From: Octopus sinensis
Taxonomy: Eukaryota
DNA length: 64,000 bases
Assembly (NCBI RefSeq): GCF_006345805.1
Contig: NC_043004.1
Location: 92,938,001 to 93,002,000, forward strand
Direction: 5' to 3'
Both the position numbers and the translations under genes were made by a program. The notes under the pieces were generated by a model. The model saw only the letters and a list, made by a program, of their open reading frames with translations, did no database searches and was not told the origin of the DNA. This document shows, in pieces, positions 1 to 11,384 of the stretch. Within the stretch, counting starts at the first letter, position 1; the number at the start of each line of letters is the position of its first letter.

Positions 1-689
1 CCTTAAAAATATTTATGTAGTTAGGATGCCTGTCTCTATGTTGCAGGTGTGGGAGAAGCACTTTGTGGGTCTCACATGGGCTTCCTAGAGGCTTAGTAAT
101 TGTTGTTGAAGTATTTTCTGTCTGTGAAGAGCAAGGCCAGTCTTTGTGGGGTAGTTTTTGCTATGTTGTGCTTGTGTTTTCAAAGGAGAGATCCTTGATC
201 TTGGTGAGGTCAAGCATTTATAGCAACCTTTAGTGTTCTAGTTGCATGTTGTTTTGAGGTTGGGATTTTCTTGATATGTATAGAACCAATTTGTTGGGTA
301 CTGATTGTTTAATCTCATTCAGCCTGAATAGATTTATCATTAAAGGTGTTCTAGCTATGCCCATGTTTTATCTTTTTTCCTCTATTAGTTAACATTTATA
401 GTGTATTTTGTGTGTTCTTCCTTATTAAAGACCTTGTGAAGGTGGGTGATTTAGCTGCTGTTTGTAGCAGCTTGAGTGATTGCATAGTGGTTGCTTCATT
501 GGCTCATAGGGTTTATTTCAACCGTTAACACCCTGAAAGGTGAGCATTAACTCTGAAGGTCTCTTCTGTACCAATGCTAAAAATTCTTACTCTATACTTA
601 ACCTGTATTGATTTCTCTGTATGTTAGGGGGTTCAGGTTGTCCTCCCCTCTCTATTCTTTCTATACATTATTGACCTAGTTGCTGCTAC

Positions 690-1470
690 AACCAACACAG
701 TCTTATGCAGATGGCATGACTCTTCATTCCTCCTAAGTTTTGCTGATCATGCTTCATCCATATGCAACCTGTATTGATTTCATAACAAACATCTTGAGAG
801 CGCTCTCTGTACCAGCTTTGTCTCTTTTAGCAGTAAAAATACTCTAGCACCACTCATAGAAAGAAAATACCACTGCACCCTTCTCCTCTAGACATGTGCA
901 GCACTCAGCTAGAGCCCCCCTCTCTCCTGGTAGAAGCACTTTCTTAGCCTAGCTAGGACTACATCCCAAAGACTAGCCTTTCTCCGCGGAGCCAAAAGTT
1001 ATTTCAGTCCCCAATAGTCACTCACTCTACAAGGCTCAGGTGAGGTTCACAATGAAGTACTGCATCCACATGTTGGACAGTGCTGCCATATATACTGTAA
1101 ATATACAGATATCCTGCACTGCAACCAAGGAAGGACCACTCGAGTGAGTGGCATTCAATCATAAAAGGACACACTCCAGCTTCTGGATTACTAGCATGCT
1201 GTTTCCTCTTTCTGCCCTTATATTGCTGCTATAAGAGCCTCTACTGTGACTGGTATCACATCTCCACCACTCAGGTACTGTTGACCCCATCCATCTCTCC
1301 TCCTTTTACCACACTTATTGTGTCCACTCCCACCCCACATCACCTTACATTAGCCACTCTGACCAGTCATTTCGCCCCAGAACATCACCACTTTGAAATC
1401 TCCTCCTTGCTCCTGCCTTTCCTACTGGTGTTGACCTACAGCAGTTGAAATGGTCAGCCTTACTGGTTTC
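690..1470 (+). mobile_element. Decayed CR1/Jockey-like LINE, 3' part of RT ORF
   Basis: Conceptual translation near 1022-1088 gives LYKAQVRFTMKYCIHMLDSA and near 1420 FPTGVDLQQLK, resembling the C-terminal RT region of CR1/Jockey-group LINEs; many stops and frameshifts; boundaries approximate. Confidence 0.6.
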
Positions 1471-1729
1471 AGAATACCTACGGGTGTCACAGACATTGCT
1501 TTTTCCTTTAGACTCAGCTGGTAAAAAGAAGAGAAAAAAGCCACATTACAAGAGGCATATTTGATTATCTCTTGTTTTTCTGAAGTCTATAATATCGAAC
1601 ACTTTATCAATTATCTCCAAAGAACTTTTAAAGCTAGTAAAACTTGGATCAAGCTCTGTAAAAAGGACTGTAGTAGCCCTATATTTCTGCAAAACATGAC
1701 TATCTACAGCACAATAGCAAAATTGTTTT

Positions 1730-2037
1730 GTGATACCAGTGCCAGTGGCACATTAGAGAATCATCTGAATGTGGCCGTTGCCAGCGCCGCCATGACTGGC
1801 CTCCGTGTCGGTGGCACGTAAAAAGCACCATCCGACCGTGGTCGTTTGCCAGCCCTGTCTGGCACGTAAAAATCACCCACTACACTCACGGAATGGTTGA
1901 CGTTAGGAAGGGCATCCAGCTGTAGAAACACTGCCAGATCAGACTGGGCCTGGTGCAGCCTCCTGGCTTCCCAGACCCCAGTTGAACCGTCCAACCCATG
2001 CTAGCATGGAAAACGGATGTTAAACGATGATGATGAT
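1730..2037 (+). mobile_element. SINE-like retroposon, (GAT)n-tailed family
   Basis: Shared motif ggttg(g/a)cgttaggaagggcatccagctgtagaaac...ccaacccatgctagcatggaaa...gttaaacgatgatgat recurring more than 10 times in the window. Confidence 0.8.
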
Positions 2038-2487
2038 AGTTCCACTTCTCATGCTATGATGGCTAACCATGGTGCTCTCTTCCCTCTCTATCACAGTCCA
2101 TCGACATTTGTTTCTCCCTTTATTGCTACTCATCACTTGCTCCTTTTTTTTAACTTACATCCAGGTGTGCATTTATTTCATACACTCTGCTGTTACCTTC
2201 TCCTATATTGCCTCCAATTCTTGGAATACCTGCTTTGAAATTCATCATTCATGCTTATCATTTATCCCCTTTTATTATCATCCATCAGTTCTTCACCCCT
2301 TCAACCAACATATCCCATTCACTCTCTTTCTGCAATCACACACTTGTTCCACATCTGCCCCTTCTATCATTACTGTCATTACTACTTACCTCCTTGGCCA
2401 CGTAGCCCTTAGTGAACATAGTGGTTACTGTTAGGGAAAGGCATCCAGCCTAAGTTATGGTAAGTGAAATGTATGAGTTTGTTTCAA

Positions 2488-2686
2488 CATCATCATCGTT
2501 TAACGTCCGTTCTCCATGCTAGCACGGGTTGGATGGTTCGACCGGGGTCTGGGAAGCCAGGGGCTGCACCAGGCTCCCTCCAGTCTGATCTGGCAGAGTT
2601 TCTACAGCTGGATGCCCTTCCTAACGCCAACCACTCCGCGAGTGTAGTGGGTGCTTTTTACGTGCCACCTGCACAGGTGCCGGGGG
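2488..2686 (-). mobile_element. SINE-like retroposon, (GAT)n-tailed family
   Basis: Reverse complement of the same family, starting catcatcatcgtttaacgtccg. Confidence 0.8.
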
Positions 2687-3186
2687 GGAGGGGCCCAGCT
2701 TATGCTATTTTGCATCCAATTCCTAATAAATTAGGGGGAGTGGTTAGTGTAGGTATATCTATTGTTGTGCTGTTTGTTTGTTTGTCCATTTTTACATATT
2801 AGAGGATGTATAGGGTTAACCTTTCTTGGAAGGCAGTAAATGAAGCTGGCTCAGACCATAGTGACTGATTTGAATCATGCCAACATGTAAAGCATGTGAA
2901 ACAATTATGATATGACTCACATTCACAGAGTGAGATGGCTGAGCAGATAAGGTATTAGAACAATTTATTCATTGGTCATGGATTCAAGTCTTTTGTAGGT
3001 TGCTTGTTGAACTTCAAAACAAAACACTTTATTCTTATTTCTGTTCACTTATCTGTCAGCCAGAATAGGTATCAGATCAAAAGTGACATGTCATCTCTGG
3101 TATACTATTGTCTTATCCAGATTTCTGCCTCATTCTCCTCATGTTATAAAATCCGAACTTACCAATGTTCTCTTATAATCCCTTAT

Positions 3187-3569
3187 GGAGGCGCAATGGC
3201 CCAGTGGTTAGGGCAGCAGACTTGCGGTCATAGGATCGCGGTTTCGATTCCCAGACCGGGCGTTGTGAGTGTTTATTGAGTGAAAACACCTAAGCTCCAC
3301 GAGGCTCCGGCAGGGGATGGTGGTGATCCCTGCTGTACTTTCACTACAACTTTCTCTCACTCTTACTTCCTGTTTCTGTTGTACCTGTAGTTCAAAGGGC
3401 CGGCCTTGTCACTCTCTGTGTCACGCTGAATATCCCCGAGAACTACGTTAAGGGTACACGTGTCTGTGGAGTGCTCAGCCACTTACACGTTAATTTCACG
3501 AGCAGGCTGTTCCGTTGATTCGGATCAACCGGAACCCTCGTCGTCATAACCAACGGAGTGCTTCCTTTC
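3187..3569 (+). mobile_element. Full-length tRNA-derived SINE with target-site duplication
   Basis: tRNA-like head with A box (tggcccagtggtt) and B box-like (ggtttcgattccc); flanking direct repeat ataatccctt at 3175-3184 and 3570-3579. Confidence 0.8.
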
Positions 3570-4224
3570 ATAATCCCTTGGACCTTTGGAAATGTACATT
3601 TACACACACATGCACACATATGCATTATGTATTTATTACTGTGATTGGTAGCTGTTTCTTGTGTACTAGAATGTCCTTTTCTCCCCATTGAAAGGAAATA
3701 TGGACAAGAAGAAATGCAAATTGCATAGATTAGTTTACTGTGTATATCAATCACCTTCTCAGAGTGTGACCCATACGCTATAGTTTGGGCCATTCTCTTT
3801 GGTACATATAGAATGGGATGAGAGGTATAGAGTGATGAAATACAATTTGTGACTGCTGACACAGTTGTAGTCTTCAGTGATGTCTTATCCAGTCCATCTC
3901 CACCAATTGTGGTTCTTTGTCTCCTCTTTCATAGGGTTCTTACCTTTCTTTCCATGTCTTCCTTGGTCTTCTTCTGAATGTTCCTTCAGCTTGGATCACT
4001 TGGTACTTCTTTACCCAATTGATGTCCTCTATAAGCATTACATGTCCATAAAAACTAAAAACTTCTCCCTTGCACAAATCTCACTTGTTTTTAACTTGGT
4101 TTTACTCTCAGCTCATTTATGCTCCATCATTTATGCACACTAATATTACATATCCAGCTGAGCATGTTCACCTCATTTCTTTCTAGCCTTTCACAACATT
4201 CTATGCCCATTTTTCACTAACATG

Positions 4225-4584
4225 TGACATAACGACGCCGCCGTGGTGATCTCATTCTTGCTCACAGCATCATAAGCGGAAAGTGTAACCTCTCAAAAGA
4301 GCTGTTCTTCACTCCTGCTCCAGAGCGTCGGCTGCGGGGTCATTCCGAAAAGCTCTATCTGCAACGATTTCATCTCAATCGAAGGAGAGGGGCTTTCTCT
4401 GTCCGGGTTGCGGATCCGTGGAATAAGCTGCCGGACGAGACGGTGAAGATGCCAATGACCGCTCAGTTCAAGGTCTCCCTTGACCACAAGTGGCCTGAAC
4501 TCTTTACATGAACACCACCCTGTACAATACTCCATGTCCCCCTACATGGCCTTGCTTTTTGAGCCAAAAATTAACTAACTAACA
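4225..4584 (+). mobile_element. 5'-truncated CR1-type LINE 3' end
   Basis: Uninterrupted frame 4233-4511 RRRRGDLILAHSIISGKCNLSKELFFTPAPERRLRGHSEKLYLQRFHLNRRRGAFSVRVADPWNKLPDETVKMPMTAQFKVSLDHKWPELFT*, a typical CR1 ORF2 C-terminus; (TAAC)n tail; CpGs retained. Confidence 0.85.
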
Positions 4585-5224
4585 TAGCACTTATTACATA
4601 AACATCATACAATCTACAGTGAACTCTAAAAAGGAATCTTCATGTTGCCAGAAGAGGTAATTGCTCCCCGACCTTTTCTCACCTGGGTCTTACTCTGGCT
4701 ATTATGGTTTCAGGACACCATCCTTCTCTGCTCATTAGATGATCAGGGTCGTAGAAGCTATTGTCTACTTCTGGGAAGCTTGCGCATGTTTAATTATTTT
4801 GTATGTGCTTCTACTAACTACTGCACACAGTAAAATTTTTCTTCTCTGTCAACCTGGCTTGATCCCTCTTCATCTCTTTTGCTGTTATAGTTTACACTGT
4901 GTGCACAATATCAGGTTCCTACCAACACCTTTTCTGCATATTAAACATGTTCAGTGGTGTCCTGTTGCCTTTCTTGTTTATTAATTCTTTCTCCTTTGTT
5001 TGATTTACTCTAAGTTCTTTCAATTCTAAACCTTACCTTGGTATTAGAAATTTCTTCTCTAATTCTTTAATTCATTTATGAGAACTAGGGCATCAACATG
5101 AAGTAGTTCCCTTACCTGTGCAAAAAATACTTCACTGAACTTATTGTCAACTCTCACTTTGATGGTTTTCACAGCTCTCACAAGCTCTCCATCTACACTT
5201 AGTTTATTTTGTGACAACTAGACT

Positions 5225-5376
5225 CGCGGAGTGGTTGGCGTTAGGAAGGGCATCCAGCTGTAGAAACTCTGCCAGATCAGACTGGAGCCTAGTGCAGCCC
5301 CTGGCTTCCCAGACCCCTGTTGAACCGTCCAACCCGTGCTAGCGCGGAAAACGGACGTTAAACGATGATGATGATG
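5225..5376 (+). mobile_element. 5'-truncated (GAT)n-tailed SINE-like copy
   Basis: Family motif plus (GAT)n tail; actagactc repeated on both sides as a likely TSD. Confidence 0.8.
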
Positions 5377-6504
5377 ACTACTAGACTCCTGAGTGTGGTA
5401 CCTTGTCAAATCCACTTCCAGACCAACAGATGCTAGGTATAATGAATTGCTCTTTGCTAAATATTTTCTCCTGTAGTTTTCTTACTGGAAAGAGGAGATC
5501 AGTGATACTTAGTATTGGTACAAACTTGAACTGTAATCTAATCTAAGATAATTTTCTTTCTAATTAATTGTGCTATAACTCTGTTACTTTTGTAACTTGG
5601 TTTATTAATTAAATGCTTCTTATAATTGCTTCTTTTTATGATGATCATCTTTGCTCTTCTAGCTGTTGATGATGACACTGCTATACCAGTCTTTGCAAAT
5701 GTCTTATGTACCTCTTGATTGACTATGTGAGTGACTAACACATTCTCAACTTTGCCAGATATCTTCAACACACTGGCTATTATCTCTGATGGTCAAGTGG
5801 TTTTTCTCTGCTTTCACTGTACTTTTGAGAAACTATTGTTAATTTTAATAGTTGGATCTACTTGGGGTAATCCTATCTTCTTTCATGTATATTCTCTTCA
5901 TTTAGAAACCTCTTAGAATAGCATTTGCATATCTCCTTCTTCCTAGTGTTAGTGAGGGCAATTCTACTGCTGTCATTATGGAAATATTTTTTTACAAATG
6001 ACATCTTGATCCATAACATGCCACAGTGTTGATCTTCTTACTTCAGAACATTGACAAAACTCCTTTTACTTTCTGCTTATGTCCTTACTGAATACACTTG
6101 AGTTATGTTTTCTCTTCTGGCTTCCAGTTATTGTTTCCCTCTTTCTTGTATACTTTCCAGGCCTATACCTTAGCTTTTATGATTCTATCTACCATACCAT
6201 TTCACCACCTGTTTGCTTTCTGCTTGGCTTGAAACATGTTCAATTTACAGATCTGGTCTGTGATTTACTGTAGATTGTCTTGCAGAAGCTCCTAGTTGTT
6301 TTCCTCATCCTTCTCAGTGAATATGTCACCTAGTATTTCTTTGAATCTATGTGTTGCTCAAGGTACTTTCAGCTTTTGTGTCTTCCTTCTGTGGATTGAC
6401 TTGCATCTCTGGATCCTTCTTAGCTCTTATTCTGATGTTACAACTAGTCTATGATGAGTGTTACATTTCCACCAGAGAAAGACTAAATTTATCATTTCGT
6501 GGTG

Positions 6505-6640
6505 AGCTGGCTGAAACATTAGCTCAAATGAAATGTTATGCAGCCTTTCTTCCAGCTCTTTACCTTCAGAGTTCAATTCCTGCCAAGGTTCACTTTGCCT
6601 TTCATCCTTTCAGGATTGGTAAAAGTAAGTACTAGTTGAG
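6505..6640 (+). mobile_element. Degenerate tRNA-SINE, (ATT)n-tailed family (gcctttcatcctttc core)
   Basis: ggtgagctggctgaaacattagc head and gcctttcatccttt core shared with copies at 13.1-14.4 kb and 55.9 kb. Confidence 0.6.
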
Positions 6641-6837
6641 GACTTGGTTCAGTGTAGTTGACTACCTCTTCTTTCCCAAATTGCTAGCCTTGTGCCAAAA
6701 TTCATTTTGCGGTGAGTATGAAGTCTATCTGGATTGTCTGTTTACCCGCTTAGCTGATCAGTTGGCTGGTTGTTTTCCTGGTCATTTGCATCTCAAAATT
6801 TCATGAACTGTGATCCCTCACTATTCAATGTGCCATA

Positions 6838-7165
6838 ATCATCATCATCGTTTAACGTCCGCTTTCCATGCTAGCATGGGTTGGACGGTTCAACTGGGGT
6901 CTGGCAAGCCCGAAGGCTGCACCAGGCCAGTCAGAACTGGCAGTGTTTCTACAGCTGGATGCCCTTCCTAACGCCAACCACTCCGAGAGTGTAGTGGGTG
7001 ATTTTATGTGCCACCGACACAGGTGCCAGACGAGGCTGGCAGACGGCCATGCTCGGATGGTGTTTTTTATGTGCCACCGACACAGGTGCCAGACGAGGCT
7101 GGCAGACGGCCATGCTTGGATGGTGTTTTTTATGTGCCACCGACACAGGTGCCAGACGAGGCTGT
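6838..7165 (-). mobile_element. (GAT)n-tailed SINE-like copy with internal ~61-bp module triplication
   Basis: Module tgtgccaccgacacaggtgccagacgaggctg occurs three times at about 7007-7165. Confidence 0.8.
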
Positions 7166-7397
7166 ACATTGGAATAGCCATCGTTATGTTGCCTAACATA
7201 TCCATTAAAGTCACATATCTGTGTATATGTCTATTTATATATACATATGTGTGTGTGTGTGTGTATGCACACACATATACATATTTTGTGTGCTTTGGTC
7301 TTAAAGTACTGATTGAATTGAAAGAGTATTGGATGTTTCCCATTAAATATTTTCAGCCATTTATTATTGTGTTTGTGTGTATACACACACACATACA

Positions 7398-8060
7398 TAT
7401 GATTCTGATCAAAAAGTATTGAGGATTGGTGCTATAAAAAAGACTAAAACACATCAATTTGGCATTTAATCTCCTTCAAAATAATCCCCTTTTGAAGCCA
7501 TACACTTTATCCAGCATTGTTTCCATCAATGGAAGCATTCTTGCCACTCCTTCTTTGGGATAGCGGTCAGCTGCCTTGTTGCATTTTCTTGAAAATCTTG
7601 TCCGGGGGTGGGGGGGTCTTCCGTTGTGTAAGACTGACCTTTGGTTTCTGGGTCATAGCCATAGATTGTCACTTGTTATGACTGTTTTCAAAAATTTTGT
7701 CTTCCTCAATACAATCAAGGAGATCCTGTGCATCTGGAACCCAATTTTCTTTGAAATGACCACACTCTATACCAGTGGTTTTCAACCAGGGTTCTGCCAG
7801 TACAGTCCAGGGGTTCCGCAAGAAGTTACAAAATTACTAAAATCGGCAGTAATTTTTAATTCTCCTGTGCAGATATGTGTGCATAAAACTATTAAATTAT
7901 TGCACAGGGGTTCCTCGAGCCAGTGGAATGTTTCCTTGGGGTTCCACTCCAGCAACAATTTTGAAAAGCACTGCTCTATACACTTTATTATCAAGTACTG
8001 TTATAAACAACAGAAATGAGTGAGAACATTATGATGTTGTGTGCATGCCTGAGGGTTCAA
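7398..8060 (-). mobile_element. Mariner remnant, same family as 27361-28198
   Basis: TIR-like tatgattctgatcaaaaagtatt at 7398; 7500-7610 is the reverse complement of the transposase C-terminus seen at about 27970-28130. Confidence 0.6.
7773..7973. mobile_element. hAT-type MITE inserted in the mariner remnant
   Basis: Termini cagtggttttcaa...ttgaaaagcactg; exact 8-bp TSD ctctatac at 7765-7772 and 7974-7981. Confidence 0.85.
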
Positions 8061-8427
8061 GGTCAATCTGTGCTAAGTGGCTTCACTGTGTACCTTAGCT
8101 TTTTAACCACAGCAACAGTCCCAATATTTCTTTTATCAAACCTTGTGTGTTTGTGTGTTTGGAAGGGCATCCAGCTGTAAAAACCATGCCAAACTGACCT
8201 CACATGTGCTTGTGCCATGTAAAAAGCACTCGGTCAACTTTGCAGAATGGTTGGTGTTAGGAAGGACATTCAACTGTAAACCCCTGCCAAAACACACAGA
8301 AGCCTGATGCAAGCTTCTGCCTGGCCAGCTCCTGTCAATCCGTCTAACCCATGCCAGCATGGAAGGAGGACGTTAAACAATGATGCTGATAATGTGTACA
8401 TATATATATAGATGTGTGTGTATGTAT

Positions 8428-8831
8428 ATACTCTTTACTCTTTTACTTGTTTCAGTCATTTGACTGTGGCCATGCTGAAGCACCACCTTTAATCAAGCAA
8501 CTCAACCCCGGAACTTATTCTTTTGTAAGCCCAGTACTTATTCTATCGGTCTCTTTTGCCGAACCGCTAAGTAACGGGGACATAAACACACCAGCATCGG
8601 TTGTCAAGCAATGCTAGGGGGACAAACACAGACACACAAATACACACACGCATATATATACATATATACGATGGGCTTCTTTCAGTTTCCATCTACCAAA
8701 TCCACTCACAAGGCTTTGGTCAGCCCGAGGCTATAGTAGAAGACACTTGCCCAAGGTGCCACGCAGTGGAACTGAACCCGGAACCATGTGGTTGGTAAAC
8801 AAGCTACTTACCACACAGCCACTCCTGCGCC
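8428..8831 (-). mobile_element. tRNA-head SINE with CORE-like domain and internal TA/TG microsatellite
   Basis: Reverse complement of ggcgcaggagtggctgtgtggtaag...ggttcagtcccactgcgtggcaccttgggcaagtg...(TA/TG)n...gaaacaagtaaaagagta; more than 12 near-full copies in the window. Confidence 0.85.
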
Positions 8832-8859
8832 TATATATATATATATACTTGCTTAAATG

Positions 8860-9030
8860 CTGCCCTATTGGGTAGCTTTTAAGCAACTAACCCCCTTAAT
8901 GGGAAGATCTGCAAACAGATCTCTGGCTTGTTTTGGGGAATTTGTTGCAATTGCTTCCTCCAGAGTCATATCCCAATGATGATCATATTCGTTACTAAAA
9001 ATCATGTAAAACAAATCGCTGAAAGCAATC
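8860..9030 (-). mobile_element. Helitron Rep/Helicase coding fragment
   Basis: ORF-track peptide NEYDHHWDMTLEEAIATNSPKQARDLFA resembles the DDxHWDxTLEEAxxxxSPxQLRxLFA segment of Helitron helicases. Confidence 0.65.
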
Positions 9031-9381
9031 CCAGTAATGGAAACATAGGAAGCCAAAATTTCAGGGTTGCAGGTTTGGATTTGGCCTGGGATGTTTTTTA
9101 ATTTACTCACAGTCAGCCTGATTTCAAAATGATATGATATGGTGGGCTACAGCCTCTAGGAGTAAAGTTGAAAAAGTGTGACACCCTGACATTCACATTT
9201 ATTATATTAGATATGTTTTATTTTGGGTAAACTGTATTTCAATTACAGAGATGTACTTGCATAGCAAGTGACCTGATCTGAGATTGCGTGCTAGAACGAA
9301 AACAATTGCAGCATGGAAGGTGTTTATATGCCATTTAAGAAACACAAAAACCGTTAGATTCACTTCAACATTTAAATTTAA

Positions 9382-9432
9382 TTTGTCAAAATATTTTCGT
9401 CGCTTTGAGACCGCGACCTGTTCACTGACAAA
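9382..9432 (-). ncRNA. Candidate minimal type-I hammerhead ribozyme with G3-C8 core
   Basis: Minus strand UUUGUCA-GUGAACA-G-GUCGC-GGUCUCAAA-GCGAC-GAA-AAUAUU-U-UGACAAA: 7-bp helix I, 5-bp helix II, palindromic helix III. Confidence 0.7.
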
Positions 9433-9670
9433 ATTCTGTGCTGCAATTGTTGTATTTTAAACTGTATCTTATATATGTATGTGTGTGTGTATATACAGAC
9501 AGACACACACACACACACACATATATATGTATGTATTAAAGTAAAAAATAAAACAAAAATGATAGTGTTCAGTAGTTGGTTCGATATGCTGACCACAGGA
9601 ATTTCTGTCCAAGAAAGTTGTACACCACCTCCCTCTTTTTCTCTCTTATTACTCCCATTGCCATCAGCAT

Positions 9671-9742
<72 letters not shown>

Positions 9743-9789
9743 TACAGTCTACTAACTACTCTGTATAAACTGTGGGTATTGGGGTATGA

Positions 9790-10200
9790 CTGCCTTCTAC
9801 ATATATTTCCTATTTAGTACTGGAGATGTTTCATTTATGAAGACATACTCCTGTACTTGTCTGAGTATTGGGTCCTTTGGGTGCTTGGATAAAATGTAGA
9901 TGTCAAGTTGACCCAGTGTGTCTCCACACTCGTCTTTGGCATGTTGGTAAAGTATGGAGGACTGTTTGTTGCTGTCATATTGTCTCAAATGTTCATTTAG
10001 TCATTCCGCAATGCTTCTAGATGTCTCACCTATCTGTATTTCTTGTCTTTGCAAATACCCTCTATGTAACTTATGTTGTAGACTACATGTTTAGTTTTAC
10101 AGTTAATGCAGTTATCATTGATGCTTGTGGTATTCTCAAAGGGGTACGTCCTACTTAGTTGTGATCTGATGGAGCTCCCTGGCTTTTCAACAATCTTAAT
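9790..10200 (-). mobile_element. Penelope-like element remnant (GIY-YIG endonuclease C-terminus)
   Basis: Peptide SSILYQHAKDECG...LRQVQEYVFINETSPVLNRK resembles the R-x-E-xx-I-xxxx-P-x-LN end of PLE endonucleases. Confidence 0.6.
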
Positions 10201-10261
10201 GTTGAGTTTGGCCTCCTTCAGTGCTTTCCTATATATATATAAATATATATGTATATATAAA

Positions 10262-10468
10262 AGTTAACCCAAACAGGAAAGCACAAAAAAAACACAACGC
10301 GAGGACATGGAACAAATATAGTATTATTGGACGCTCAGGAAAGAAGGAGGCTTTAACGTTTTGAGTGTAGCTCTTCGTCGGAAACATAGGAGAAGGAAAG
10401 ATCCAGAGAAGGGAAGACAGAGGAAAAAAAATCGCCAACGGTACACACGCAGTCACATTTTGAATGTC
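10262..10468 (-). mobile_element. PLE pseudo-LTR-like unit with mutated hammerhead at 10351-10385
   Basis: Homologous to both arms at 48436-48858; minus strand GUUU-CCGACGA-A-GAGC-UAC-ACUC-AAAA-CGUU-AAAG; next to a (TA)n tract. Confidence 0.7.
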
Positions 10469-10993
10469 GTATATATTTATACACATACATATATGCTTAG
10501 GCCTAGTATATACACACATATATGCATAGGCCTAGCTATAAGAAGTTCATTCTGTTGCAAGCTGGTCATCCTGTTTGATGACAACTTCCTTTTGCCAATC
10601 TCGGAGGGGGTCTGAAAGAATAAAGTGGCATGAACATTGCTCTCCTCAATTACACAGCAAAAATAATTTACTTTGTTTTGTAAGTAAAACCATTGCATGC
10701 AGCCACAACACCTACTTTCACCTCTATCATTCAACTGCTATAGTAGTTGAATAATATTCTTAAGGCCGCAATTTACTCAAATGCAGCATCTTTCAGAGCT
10801 TGTTGCTAATTCAATTCTTAGCCAAATGGAAAACTGTTAACATTTTTGAAGAGGACTGGTCCCTAGCTACATTTTGGCATTAAAAAAAATTGAGATTTGG
10901 CCCAGTAGTAAAAAGTTTACATCAAAATTTGTAGCGACGTTATAGAGGAGTAACACCACTAATCAAACTTTTTTATTTTAAAAGTAATATATA

Positions 10994-11373
10994 GGCGCAG
11001 GAGTGGCTGTGTGGTAAGTAGCTTGCTAACCAACCACACGGTTGCGGGTTCAGTCCCACTGCGTGGCATCTTGGGCAAGTGTCTTCTGCTATAGCCCCGG
11101 GCCGACCAATGCCTTGTGAGTGGATTTGGTAGACGGAAACTGAAAGAAGCCTGTCGTATATATGTATATATGTGTATGTGTGTGTTTGTGTGTCTGTGTT
11201 TGTCCCCCTAGCATTGCTTGACAACCGATGCTGGTGTGTTTATGTCCCCGTCACTTAGCGGTTCGGCAAAAAGAGACCGATAGAATAAGTACTAAAAGGT
11301 GGTGCTCCAGCATGGCCGCAGTCAAATGACTGAAACAAGTAAAATAGTAAAATAGTAAAATAGTAAAATAGTA
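10994..11373 (+). mobile_element. CORE-like tRNA SINE with internal deletion and (AAAATAGT)n tail variant
   Basis: Family head and tail present; segment between taagtact and aaaggtggtgctcc missing. Confidence 0.85.
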
Positions 11374-11384
11374 TATATATATAT

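Larger units (their letters stand above)
3700..6500 (-). mobile_element. Heavily decayed LINE (RTE-like) fragments interrupted by younger insertions
   Basis: Non-microsatellite, CpG-poor sequence with short RTE-like reading patches on the minus strand; no long ORF; boundaries approximate. Confidence 0.35.

Noticed and set aside
1-600. Penelope-like remnant at the window start
   Set aside because: Only vague motif resemblance on the minus strand; not supportable.
3187-3262. tRNA gene
   Set aside because: The tRNA-like head continues into a SINE body bounded by a TSD; no clean cloverleaf or terminator.
6990-7165. CRISPR-like repeat-spacer array
   Set aside because: Units are near-identical tandem modules without unique spacers, inside a eukaryotic retroposon.
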